Positions 28,082 through 37,025 of a stretch of DNA of 60,180 nt are shown here, piece by piece. A program made the position numbers and the translations under genes. The stretch spans positions 1-60,180 of the forward strand of contig CAYJLT010000001.1 of assembly GCA_964371295.1 (NCBI GenBank). The letters run 5' to 3'. The notes beneath the pieces are model-generated. The model saw only the letters and a list, made by a program, of their open reading frames with translations, did not search any database and was not told the DNA's origin. Every line of letters starts with the position of its first letter. Positions within the stretch are counted from its first letter, which is position 1. The stretch comes from an uncultured Treponemataceae bacterium (lineage in GTDB: Bacteria > Spirochaetota > Spirochaetia > Treponematales > Treponemataceae).

Positions 28082-28107
28082 TTTTTGCCTCATCTTTTAT
28101 TTTTAAA

Positions 28108-28116
28108 GTATAGCAC
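28108..28116 (-). promoter_or_regulatory. Extended -10 promoter of the pfk operon
   Basis: On the minus strand, TGCTATACT lies 13 nt upstream of the ATG at 28093 and 25 nt upstream of the preferred ATG at 28081. Confidence 0.55.
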
Positions 28117-28145
28117 TTTCCCTCTTTCCACGCAAGGCATTTTTA

Positions 28146-28154
28146 TGGTATTAT
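28146..28154 (+). promoter_or_regulatory. Extended -10 promoter abutting the 28164 start (near-leaderless candidate)
   Basis: TGGTATTAT, then 9 nt, then the ATG at 28164. No SD is present. Confidence 0.55.
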
Positions 28155-28163
28155 GTTTTGATT

Positions 28164-30335
28164 ATGAAACATTTTAATTTTGCTTTTTTACTAATACTTC
28201 TTGTATTATCAACATCCCTTTTTCCTGCCTTTTCTCAGCGAGTTTCAACGCAAAACACACAAACTACGCCATATTCTCAAACCCTAATTGGAAATGAAAA
28301 AGGCCTTTTCCAAGCAACTTCTCCAAATTCATCCCCCCTCTGGAGTGAAGGATCTGTAGAAAAGATAATGTATAAAGATGGATGGTACTTGCTAACTTCA
28401 AAAGGCGTTATCTTTAGCAAAGATTTAAAACATTTTGAAACAAGAAACAAAGGGTTACCCTTTAGTACAATTAAAGAATATGATGGAACAAATACAAGCT
28501 TCATTCAGCAAGTTCACCCATTGAAAGATTTAGAATTCCTTCCAGGAGACTCAAGAACTCTTGTAACTACCACAAAAGAAGCTGTTTTTATTAGTAGAAA
28601 CGCAGGATTAAGCTGGCAATCGCTTGGCTTTAGCGCAAGAACATCAGGGGCAAAAGCAGTTGCAGTAGCAATGCTTCCAACACAGAATAATACAGAAATT
28701 TTAACCGTTTTCCTATCCCATGCAATTTATGGAGTAGCATATATACACCCAGACAGCACAAATCCCACCTGGATAGATATTCCAACAGGCTTTGAAACCA
28801 TGCCAACACTCGACAACCCAGACGAAGTAGCAGATATTTTAACAGTTCAAGAACGAGCTGTTGATGGAACAAGCAAAACAGAAGTGTATTTTTCGCAAAG
28901 TTTTTTACCTCGCTTATATAAGCTTCAATGGGAAGAAAAAAAGGTTGCCCTTATTGCATCTCAAAACACCCCAACAAACACTTGGGATAGTCTTGTTGCG
29001 GTAGGAACTGAGTTATCATTTGTAAGCATGGATGGGATTCAATTCTTTTCTCCTATCACAAACACCTTTGTAAATAAAACAAGCACTGTTAATACAATAA
29101 CTCGCTTTTTGAGTACCCAAAAAGAGCCCCCTCGATGTGTATGGCTTTCTCCTTCAATCTCTGGCTTAAACACAGCTTTTGCTTTGAGTGAACTTTGGAT
29201 GACTCGAAATAACGCAATTTCCGGCGAATATATTGCTGCTGCTTCCGACAAACGAAGCATTTATGTCCCTTCTGGACAAGTTACAAGCCCGACTGGTATT
29301 GAAAAATTTGTTTCAATTGTTGAAAACAACGACCTGAATAGCATCGTTATAGATATGAAAGATGATAAAGGTTTGTTGCGATACCATACAAAAGACCCTT
29401 TGGTTGCAGAAAAAGCACATGTAAGCACCTACGCACTTGAAATTAATAATTTTATTAAAACTTTTAAAGAAAAAGATATTTATTTAATCGCTCGTCTCGT
29501 TGTATTTAAAGATGCAAACTTGTATAAATATAACCAGAGAGAGTATGCGGTTTGGGATAGTAGAACAAACTATTCATGGCTTGGTATTCGTGATTATGAT
29601 GAGGATGAAAGCCCATCATACTATGATGAACACTGGGTAGACCCTTACTCACACGAAGTGTGGGAGTATAACATTGCCATTGCAAAAGAGCTCATAGCTC
29701 TAGGGTTTGATGAAATTCAATTCGACTATATTCGCTTTCCAACAGATGGTCTCAACTTGTCTAATGCAAGTTTTCGCTGGCAAGATGACGGCATGGACAA
29801 GGAAAGCGCTCTTCTCTCATTTCTATCCTATGCCCGAAAAAACATCGATGCCCCAATAGGTATAGATATTTATGGTGTAAATGGGTGGTACCGTAGCGGC
29901 TCAAGAACAGGTCAAGATGTTGAACTTATTGCTCCTTATGTAGATGTAATTAGCCCAATGTCATATCCAAGCCACTTTGAGTCTATTTTTTTAGCATACA
30001 CACCAATAATTGAGCGCCCTTATAGGATATATTTTTATGGAACCTATAGAAATGCTGTTATTGCCAGAAACCAAGTTATTGTGCGGCCTTGGCTTCAGTC
30101 TTTTTTTCTAAGTCACAATTCTTTTGATGAGGAGTACTATAGCAGTAATTATGTCCAAAGGCAAGTTTTTGGCGTGCGTGATGCAACCGACACAGGCTAC
30201 ATGTATTGGAATAATGTTGGTCGCTACGATGAAGTGCGTCCACATATTGGCAGTGCAGAAGAAAACACTCCTTACCCGTGGACAAAGGCGGAAAGAGATA
30301 TAGCCAACACGATACCAATATTTTCTGGAAACTAA
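28164..30335 (+). CDS. Secreted protein with a C-terminal DUF4015-like putative glycoside-hydrolase TIM barrel
   Basis: Signal peptide LFPAFSQ. One Asp-box-like SRNAGLSW lies in the N-terminal half. The C-terminal half carries GFDEIQFDYIRFPTDG, which I recall as the hallmark of the DUF4015 (GHL) family. Confidence 0.6.
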   Translation: MKHFNFAFLLILLVLSTSLFPAFSQRVSTQNTQTTPYSQTLIGNEKGLFQATSPNSSPLWSEGSVEKIMYKDGWYLLTSKGVIFSKDLKHFETRNKGLPFSTIKEYDGTNTSFIQQVHPLKDLEFLPGDSRTLVTTTKEAVFISRNAGLSWQSLGFSARTSGAKAVAVAMLPTQNNTEILTVFLSHAIYGVAYIHPDSTNPTWIDIPTGFETMPTLDNPDEVADILTVQERAVDGTSKTEVYFSQSFLPRLYKLQWEEKKVALIASQNTPTNTWDSLVAVGTELSFVSMDGIQFFSPITNTFVNKTSTVNTITRFLSTQKEPPRCVWLSPSISGLNTAFALSELWMTRNNAISGEYIAAASDKRSIYVPSGQVTSPTGIEKFVSIVENNDLNSIVIDMKDDKGLLRYHTKDPLVAEKAHVSTYALEINNFIKTFKEKDIYLIARLVVFKDANLYKYNQREYAVWDSRTNYSWLGIRDYDEDESPSYYDEHWVDPYSHEVWEYNIAIAKELIALGFDEIQFDYIRFPTDGLNLSNASFRWQDDGMDKESALLSFLSYARKNIDAPIGIDIYGVNGWYRSGSRTGQDVELIAPYVDVISPMSYPSHFESIFLAYTPIIERPYRIYFYGTYRNAVIARNQVIVRPWLQSFFLSHNSFDEEYYSSNYVQRQVFGVRDATDTGYMYWNNVGRYDEVRPHIGSAEENTPYPWTKAERDIANTIPIFSGN

Positions 30336-30354
30336 ATTCTAAGGAGGGTCAAAT

Positions 30355-31290
30355 ATGATTCCTTTATTTGATAATTCGGTATATGAATGGGGTATGCATG
30401 TAATACATGCAATTCAAAGCGTAAAAAATGTTTTTTTTACCTATTTTATGATTTTTATCAGTTTTTTATCTGACCCACTTGCATACCTTAGTTTGCTGCC
30501 AATTTTCTTTTGGTGTGTAGATGAAAAGAAAACGGCAAAAGTATCTTTGCTTGTTTTGTTTTCAGCTTCTATAAACACAAGCATCAAAGATTTTTTATGT
30601 GTACCGCGCCCATTTATTCAAGATCCAGCAGTAGGCCTCATTCCTGAAACAGGTTTTTCCACCCCGTCTGGACATTCACAAAACTCTGCTGCCTTTTGGC
30701 CGTATGCAGTATTTTTATTTTCTAAAAAAGAAAAGGTCTCTTCGCGATTTATTGTAAAGCTGTTTCTATCGGTGGGCCTTCCTCTCCTTATTGGCTTTTC
30801 GAGAATTTATTTGGGGGTTCACTATCCTTCAGATGTTCTCCTCGGTTGGACATTAGGCTTTATAATTTCACTAGGAACAATTCTCTTTGTTCCCTTCCTT
30901 GAATCATACGTAATAAAACTACCTAGGTCTCTTAAAATTCTAATCATTGGAATTACTGCCTTTATTTTAAACTGGATTGGACCGCATGACACTTCAATGG
31001 CTGCAGCCTTCTTTGGTTTAGGCATTGGTTATATATATATCTGTGATACAGGTGGGTATGATGCTAAAGCAGGAACCCGAATTCAAAAACTTTTCAGAGC
31101 AATCCTGGGCCTTATTGTTGTAGCCTTAATTTATACCGGACTAAGCTTTGTTTTCCCTTTAGAAGGAGAAGCAAATTATAATTTATTCCGGTTTATTCGA
31201 TATATGTTAGTAGGATTTACTGCAAGTTTTATTCTTCCAAAAACATTTATTGCTATGAAAATTGGGTTTTCAAGGGCTAGTAATGGGTAA
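30355..31290 (+). CDS. PAP2-family membrane phosphatase
   Basis: The three PAP2 motifs are present: KDFLCVPRP, PSGHS and SRIYLGVHYPSDV. Multi-TM protein. AAGGAGG lies upstream. Confidence 0.85.
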   Translation: MIPLFDNSVYEWGMHVIHAIQSVKNVFFTYFMIFISFLSDPLAYLSLLPIFFWCVDEKKTAKVSLLVLFSASINTSIKDFLCVPRPFIQDPAVGLIPETGFSTPSGHSQNSAAFWPYAVFLFSKKEKVSSRFIVKLFLSVGLPLLIGFSRIYLGVHYPSDVLLGWTLGFIISLGTILFVPFLESYVIKLPRSLKILIIGITAFILNWIGPHDTSMAAAFFGLGIGYIYICDTGGYDAKAGTRIQKLFRAILGLIVVALIYTGLSFVFPLEGEANYNLFRFIRYMLVGFTASFILPKTFIAMKIGFSRASNG

Positions 31291-32656
31291 ATACACCCCT
31301 GAAGAACCTATTGTCGCCATTGCAACCTCTCTTGCTCCTTCAGCCCTAGCAATAATTCGATTATCTGGAAGGAATACACTTTCTCTGCTCTCGCAGGTTT
31401 TTTCACGCCCCGAAGCGCTAAAAAATGCTGAAGGCAATACGTTAGTTTATGGGTGGATTCAGGACATGGGTAAAAAAATTGACGAAATAATGGTTGGCGT
31501 CTACCGTGCACCAAAGAGCTTCACCGGTGAAGAAATGGCTGAAATTTTTTGCCATGGTGGTCCCATAACTGTTATGGCAATCTATAACTTGTTACAAAAA
31601 AATGGCTTCCGCATAGCTGAAAACGGAGAATATACCTTCAGGTCATATTTAAACAGAAAAATAGATTTAACACAAGCAGAAGCAATACATGAAATTATTG
31701 AATCGAAAACAGATGAGAGCAGGAGCCGTGCTGCTGGCAGACTTTCTGGCAATCTATATGCAGAAATTGATGAAATAAAAAAACTACTAATCGAAACTCT
31801 TGCTGATATTGAAGCCGAAGTTGAATACCCAGAAGATGAAACTGCTGTTGCAAATTCATATAATCCTGAAAAACTTTTTAAAGCCTTTGAGCAGCTAAGC
31901 CAGATAGCTCAAACGTGGAAGAGCGAAAAAATATACCAGGAAGGAGTACGCATAGTATTGTCTGGAAAAACAAATGCTGGTAAATCAAGTCTTTTCAATG
32001 TGCTGTTAAAAGAGGAACGCGCAATAGTTTCCGATATACATGGAACAACTCGTGACTGGATAGAAAGTTGGGTTTCTCTTGGAGGAATACCTGCCCGCCT
32101 TTTTGACACAGCAGGCCTTCGAAAAACAGAAGACCTAGTTGAACAAGCCGGCGTGGAGCGCTCTCATGAGCTTGCCCAGGAGGCAGACCTTGTCGTATAC
32201 CTTGTTGACAGCACGAAGGGGTTAAAAAAAGAAGAGCTTGTCACTATCTCTTCTTTTTCAGCTCCCATAATAGTTGTTTGGAACAAAGCAGACAAAATAG
32301 AAAAAGAGCTTCTAGATAAGGAAATGGAAAAATTTTCGTTTTTACAAGTTTGTACAAGCTCAAAAACCGGCCTTGGAGTTGCCCCCTTGATTACTGCAAT
32401 AAAGGAAATAGTTCTAGGAAAAGAAAAAGTAGATAGAAATCAAGCGGGGCTTGGTTCTCAGCGCCAAAAGAAAGCTGTTGATGATGCCCTAGAAGCTCTA
32501 AGCTCAACAATAAGTGCAACAAAGCAAAATCTTCCCCTCGATGCCGTATCACAAGACTTAGAAGAATCTCTCTTCCACCTTGGCGAAATTACAGGAGAAG
32601 TCAGCCCAGATGATATTTTACAAAGCATTTTTTCTCGTTTTTGTGTTGGAAAATAG
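31283..32656 (+). CDS. mnmE: tRNA modification GTPase MnmE
   Basis: G1 motif GKTNAGKSSLFN, DTAG, NKAD, and the C-terminal CVGK typical of MnmE. The ATG at 31283 overlaps the PAP2 gene by 8 nt. Confidence 0.93.
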   Translation: MGKYTPEEPIVAIATSLAPSALAIIRLSGRNTLSLLSQVFSRPEALKNAEGNTLVYGWIQDMGKKIDEIMVGVYRAPKSFTGEEMAEIFCHGGPITVMAIYNLLQKNGFRIAENGEYTFRSYLNRKIDLTQAEAIHEIIESKTDESRSRAAGRLSGNLYAEIDEIKKLLIETLADIEAEVEYPEDETAVANSYNPEKLFKAFEQLSQIAQTWKSEKIYQEGVRIVLSGKTNAGKSSLFNVLLKEERAIVSDIHGTTRDWIESWVSLGGIPARLFDTAGLRKTEDLVEQAGVERSHELAQEADLVVYLVDSTKGLKKEELVTISSFSAPIIVVWNKADKIEKELLDKEMEKFSFLQVCTSSKTGLGVAPLITAIKEIVLGKEKVDRNQAGLGSQRQKKAVDDALEALSSTISATKQNLPLDAVSQDLEESLFHLGEITGEVSPDDILQSIFSRFCVGK

Positions 32657-32657
32657 C

Positions 32658-32918
32658 CTATCTTTTTTTTGGTCTAATAAGAGGAACCATTTTTTCCTCT
32701 AACCGATATTTTTTAATGATTATTTTTGCTACTTTTTGGTAGATCATCATACTTGCAATTACAGCAGCAATAAAAATAAATGGTAATATGGTTCCAAGAT
32801 TTTCTTCTAAAATTAGTCCACCCACAATTGTTAGCAATACTATAAGAGCAATTGTGAGCAATACATTCGCAATCGTTCCAAGCACTAAAAAAAGGATTGT
32901 ATTTTGCATTTTTGTCAT
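32658..32918 (-). CDS. Small two-TM membrane protein, unknown function
   Basis: 86 aa with two long hydrophobic helices and a basic C-terminus. Its start overlaps the lspA stop (ATGA). Confidence 0.55.
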   Translation of the reverse strand: MTKMQNTILFLVLGTIANVLLTIALIVLLTIVGGLILEENLGTILPFIFIAAVIASMMIYQKVAKIIIKKYRLEEKMVPLIRPKKR

Positions 32919-33502
32919 AGAGTTTCCTCTTTCTCTCTCTTTAACTTTTTCAGTTCTTCGATAGCTTCTTTTATAAATGACACCAAAAGCAAGGCTCCCG
33001 AAATAACTACAGACATATCGGCAACATTAAAAACTGGCCATCTAGTTAAATACATCCCTAAAAAGTTAATATCAAAAAAGTCAACGTCGATAAAATCAAC
33101 AACGCCACCCGGTCGGAAAAATCGGTCTATAAGATTTCCAAAACCCCCGCCAACAATGCCCCACAAGCACCACTGTTGAAACCTGCTAATTTCATCTGTC
33201 TTAAAATAATATACAATTACACCAATTAAAACAACAAGAGGAAACCATCTCAAAAGAAGAGCTCGTATAATAGGCGCAAAATCATGCCCAAAGCTAAAGG
33301 CGGCTCCAGTATTCCAAACATGAGTTATTCTCAAAAATCCATCAAAAAAACTTGCGTAAATTGTTCCAAACTCAACGTTATTAAAAACTAGAATCTTAGT
33401 TATTTGATCAACAAGTATTATTCCTACAGCCAAAAAAACAGGATATAGTTTTTTTAAGGCGCCGATTTTTTCTTTTTCTTCAAGCATATCTATATTACTC
33501 AC
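32915..33502 (-). CDS. lspA: Lipoprotein signal peptidase (signal peptidase II)
   Basis: Motifs NTGAAFSF, GNLIDR and VVDFIDV. A GTG start lies 5 nt after AGGAG. Confidence 0.9.
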   Translation of the reverse strand: MSNIDMLEEKEKIGALKKLYPVFLAVGIILVDQITKILVFNNVEFGTIYASFFDGFLRITHVWNTGAAFSFGHDFAPIIRALLLRWFPLVVLIGVIVYYFKTDEISRFQQWCLWGIVGGGFGNLIDRFFRPGGVVDFIDVDFFDINFLGMYLTRWPVFNVADMSVVISGALLLVSFIKEAIEELKKLKREKEETL

Positions 33503-33547
33503 ATTTTCTCCTAACTTTTTTATTATATACCTTTTAGCTAATAATGC

Positions 33548-34315
33548 CTATAACCCTGTGGGAACATCAATAAAAAGGGTTTCTACTCTTTTTTCTTTTT
33601 GTAATTTTTTCGCTAGCAGATTTACACCTATTGTTTCGGTGTTATAGTGCCCCCCTGCTATTACATTAATTTTTGACTCTTTTGCAGTATGATAGGATTC
33701 ATGAGAAAGCTCTCCTGTTATATACAAATCAATCTTTGCAATTACAGCCTCACTAAGCAAATCTTCTGCCCCACCCGAAACAATTGCAACGGTTTCTATT
33801 TCTTCTTTTCCAAAAGGCAACACTGTAGAAAGAGTCTGCTTTGGCGCCAACAGAAGGGTTTCTACAGTAGAAAGGTGTTGCGGTTTTTCAAAAACACCTT
33901 GCGCCCCTATCGTCATACCATTCCACGTACCAAAAGGTTTTAGATTTTTCAAACCAAGCTTTTGTGCTAAGCCGTAGTTATTTCCTACTTCTTCATTTGC
34001 ATCTAGAGGAATATGACAAGCATATAAAGCAATATCGCTATCCAATAGCCTTTTTATTCGCTTATAATGATTTCCTGTAAGTGTTTGTTCGTGCCCCCAG
34101 AAAAGGCCGTGATGTACTACTAGTGCTTGAGCTCTGCTTTCTATGACCTTATCAATGGTTTCTATGCAAGCATCAACAGCAAAGGCGACCTTCGTTATCT
34201 TTTGCTCTTTCGGGTTTATGTTTTGTACTTGTATACCATTCTTTGAAGGATCTTTGTTATAAATTTCTATATTTAAAATTTCTTTAAAATATAAATCTAA
34301 TTCAACTAGTGTCAT
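33548..34315 (-). CDS. Nif3-family dinuclear metal centre protein
   Basis: 255 aa with LVVHHGLFW and a C-terminal GGHYNTE motif typical of Nif3/YbgI. AGGAG lies upstream. Confidence 0.85.
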   Translation of the reverse strand: MTLVELDLYFKEILNIEIYNKDPSKNGIQVQNINPKEQKITKVAFAVDACIETIDKVIESRAQALVVHHGLFWGHEQTLTGNHYKRIKRLLDSDIALYACHIPLDANEEVGNNYGLAQKLGLKNLKPFGTWNGMTIGAQGVFEKPQHLSTVETLLLAPKQTLSTVLPFGKEEIETVAIVSGGAEDLLSEAVIAKIDLYITGELSHESYHTAKESKINVIAGGHYNTETIGVNLLAKKLQKEKRVETLFIDVPTGL

Positions 34316-34319
34316 GTTG

Positions 34320-35393
34320 TTACTCCTGAATTATTTCCTCCACCCTAGAAACAAGCTGCCTTGCAAATCGTAGGTGTGGCTTTTCATTGCTTGCATATAG
34401 TCGATGTTCCCTATATTCCTCTGCTGTATCAAATTTAGCAAGATAAGCATCAAGGGGATTTAAAAGAGCAAGGTCTGCTATATTTTTTCCATAATAGTCA
34501 TTAAGTCTTGAGTCATCTGTTGAAGAAAAAATATCTTGTACAAAATCAGGATATTTTTGCTGGATTTTTAATGCAATTTGTCTGTTTTCACCTTCTGCAA
34601 GGATGAGCACAGAAGAGTATTTTTGCCCTGCAATACGAAGAAGAGCTTCAAGCTCAAGCTCTTTATTGTTTAAAAAGCCCTCTTTTTGGTTATCTCGTAA
34701 CTCTGGCAAAAAGTGTAAAACATATGGTGTTATCACTGGGTTAACGTTTATCTTCAAGTCCAAAGCAGTATTTGTTTTTGGGGCATCAGGAGCATAGAAG
34801 TCTCCCGCAAGAACTGGCACTCCTAGCTCTGCAACAGTATTTAACCGAAGGGCAGAATCAGATGAGACAACTCCAATTGGGCTTAAATATACCACTGCCG
34901 TATCTGCTGCTTCCATGTTTGCCAGTGAGAACTCTGTTATTATTAAATTGGTTCTATCAAGAATATTATCTTTTTCTACAAATCCTCGGCTAAAGGAACC
35001 TGTGTATAATTCTTTTTTTTGAATCTCTGTATTAAATGAAACAGGTTTATAAATTAGGAAAAAAATTATAATTACTAAAACACAAACGGCTTCGACATAT
35101 GATATAACACAAAAAAGAGTGTTGTGACGGTCTGAATATAAGCCCTGTGAAAGCCTGTATATTGATGCAATATTAGTAACGAGCACAAAAAGTGTAAGAC
35201 ATTGACTGATAATTAACAAAACATTCAGTCCAAAAATGAGGATGAGAAGTATGTTTAAGCAAAATGATATTACTGCAAGAAAAGCTGCTGCTTCTAAGTT
35301 TCGAGATTTTTTTAACAAAGGCCGCAATGTTACACATAACAATAGGGCCAAAACAACAACTTGTCCAACAAGGGAATTACTGAAAAACTGCAT
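34320..35393 (-). CDS. Membrane protein with C-terminal soluble domain, unknown function
   Basis: 357 aa. Four N-terminal TM segments are followed by ~230 aa with no motif I recognise. Confidence 0.6.
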   Translation of the reverse strand: MQFFSNSLVGQVVVLALLLCVTLRPLLKKSRNLEAAAFLAVISFCLNILLILIFGLNVLLIISQCLTLFVLVTNIASIYRLSQGLYSDRHNTLFCVISYVEAVCVLVIIIFFLIYKPVSFNTEIQKKELYTGSFSRGFVEKDNILDRTNLIITEFSLANMEAADTAVVYLSPIGVVSSDSALRLNTVAELGVPVLAGDFYAPDAPKTNTALDLKINVNPVITPYVLHFLPELRDNQKEGFLNNKELELEALLRIAGQKYSSVLILAEGENRQIALKIQQKYPDFVQDIFSSTDDSRLNDYYGKNIADLALLNPLDAYLAKFDTAEEYREHRLYASNEKPHLRFARQLVSRVEEIIQE

Positions 35394-35512
35394 AATATAT
35401 AATAATAGAAAAGGGTAAATAAAACAACAGCCTTTTTATGTTTATTTCTAATTACCAGAAAAAATTAATATTTGGGTTTTTTGATTTTACACCTTTACTT
35501 TTTTCTTATTTA

Positions 35513-35521
35513 TGCTATAAT
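35513..35521 (+). promoter_or_regulatory. Extended -10 promoter abutting the HDOD gene start (leaderless candidate)
   Basis: TGCTATAAT, then 7 nt (ATAAACC), then the ATG at 35529. No SD is present. Confidence 0.6.
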
Positions 35522-35528
35522 ATAAACC

Positions 35529-37025
35529 ATGGCAGACTCAAGACTAGATACATCAAAAATATCAAAAGCGGTTCAAGCTGGCATTCCGCTTTCTATTATG
35601 ACTCATACTCTCCCCCACGAAATGGAATTATATATGGCTGAAGTTCTTGTGGCCTTCCTAAAAGAACTTAACCAAGAGGCAATGTCAGAGTATTTGATTT
35701 ATTGCTTAAACGAACTCACTACAAATGCAAAAAAAGCTAACACAAAGCGTGTTTATTTTAAAGAAAAAGGACTAGATATTAACAACCTTGATGATTATGA
35801 CACAGGGATGAAAACCTTCAAGACAGATACGCTTGACAATATAAAACATTACTTAAAAATGCAACAAGAACAAGGCTATTACATTAAACTCATTTTTCAG
35901 CATAAAGCAGGAAAAATAAAAATTGAAATTCGAAACAACACACCCTTGACCATATTTGAATACAAACGTGTACACGACAAAATTGCACGAGCACAGAGAT
36001 ATTCTTCTGTTGATGATGCTTTTTCACAGATTTTGGACGACTCAGAAGGGGCAGGGCTTGGTATTATTATCATGATTCTCATGTTAAAAAAGCTTGGCCT
36101 AACAGGTGACAGTTTTCAGGTTTTTTCAGAAAATAATGAAACAGTATCACGGATAATACTTCCTCTTATGGGGGATGCTCAAGAAAAAATCTCTCTTCTT
36201 TCATCCGATTTAGTAAAAATGATTGACAAGTTGCCTCAATTCCCAGAAAATATACTACATATTAATAACATGCTCAATGACCCCGATTTTAAATTATCAG
36301 ATATAGCACGAAGCATAAGTAGCGATGTCTCACTTACTGCAGATCTTTTAAAGCTTGTAAACTCTGCCGCCTTTTCACTATCCACCCCGTGCAGAAATAT
36401 TCCTGATGCCGTTAAGTTGGTAGGTACACGCGGGATAAAAAATTTATTATATTCAGTAGGGTCTATTAAGTCTGTCGGAACAGCAACAGACGATCAAAAA
36501 AAACTATGGCAGCATAGCCACAGAGTTGCCTTTTATTCGTACAACTTAAGTCGAAATTTTTTTTCAAAACAAAGAGATGTTATAGAAGATTCTTATGTTT
36601 GCGGTCTTTTACATGATATGGGTAAAGGGGTTTTCTATTCTGCACAGCCTCACTTTATGACAAAGCTAAAAAACCTCAGTGAAGAAAAAACTATTGAGCC
36701 TCACATGTTTGAAAAGCTTCTTTCTGGGCAAAACCATGCTGAAATAGGAGCTTTAATTGCAGAAAAATGGAATTTTCCACCTGTAATCATAGAAACACTT
36801 CGTTTTCATCATGACCCAGACATTGCAAAACCTCTTTCTGCTGTTGTTTATTTTGCGAATATGCTTGAAAACTATCAACATGGAGATATTGAATATTACC
36901 AATTTGAAACCGATATTTTAGAGTTATTTAAAATTACGAATGAAGAGCAATTAGTGCAATTATCAGACAAGCTTAAATCTGCTTTTGAGGATGAGCAAGG
37001 AGATAGTGCGTCCATGCTTGCATAA
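35529..37025 (+). CDS. HDOD-domain signalling protein with N-terminal GHKL-ATPase-like domain
   Basis: Central HDOD-like region (LPQFPENILHINNMLNDPD..LLKLVNSAAFSL) followed by LLHDMGK. The N-terminal ~190 aa carry an N-box-like NELTTNAKKA and a G2-like SEGAGLGIIIM. Confidence 0.75.
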   Translation: MADSRLDTSKISKAVQAGIPLSIMTHTLPHEMELYMAEVLVAFLKELNQEAMSEYLIYCLNELTTNAKKANTKRVYFKEKGLDINNLDDYDTGMKTFKTDTLDNIKHYLKMQQEQGYYIKLIFQHKAGKIKIEIRNNTPLTIFEYKRVHDKIARAQRYSSVDDAFSQILDDSEGAGLGIIIMILMLKKLGLTGDSFQVFSENNETVSRIILPLMGDAQEKISLLSSDLVKMIDKLPQFPENILHINNMLNDPDFKLSDIARSISSDVSLTADLLKLVNSAAFSLSTPCRNIPDAVKLVGTRGIKNLLYSVGSIKSVGTATDDQKKLWQHSHRVAFYSYNLSRNFFSKQRDVIEDSYVCGLLHDMGKGVFYSAQPHFMTKLKNLSEEKTIEPHMFEKLLSGQNHAEIGALIAEKWNFPPVIIETLRFHHDPDIAKPLSAVVYFANMLENYQHGDIEYYQFETDILELFKITNEEQLVQLSDKLKSAFEDEQGDSASMLA

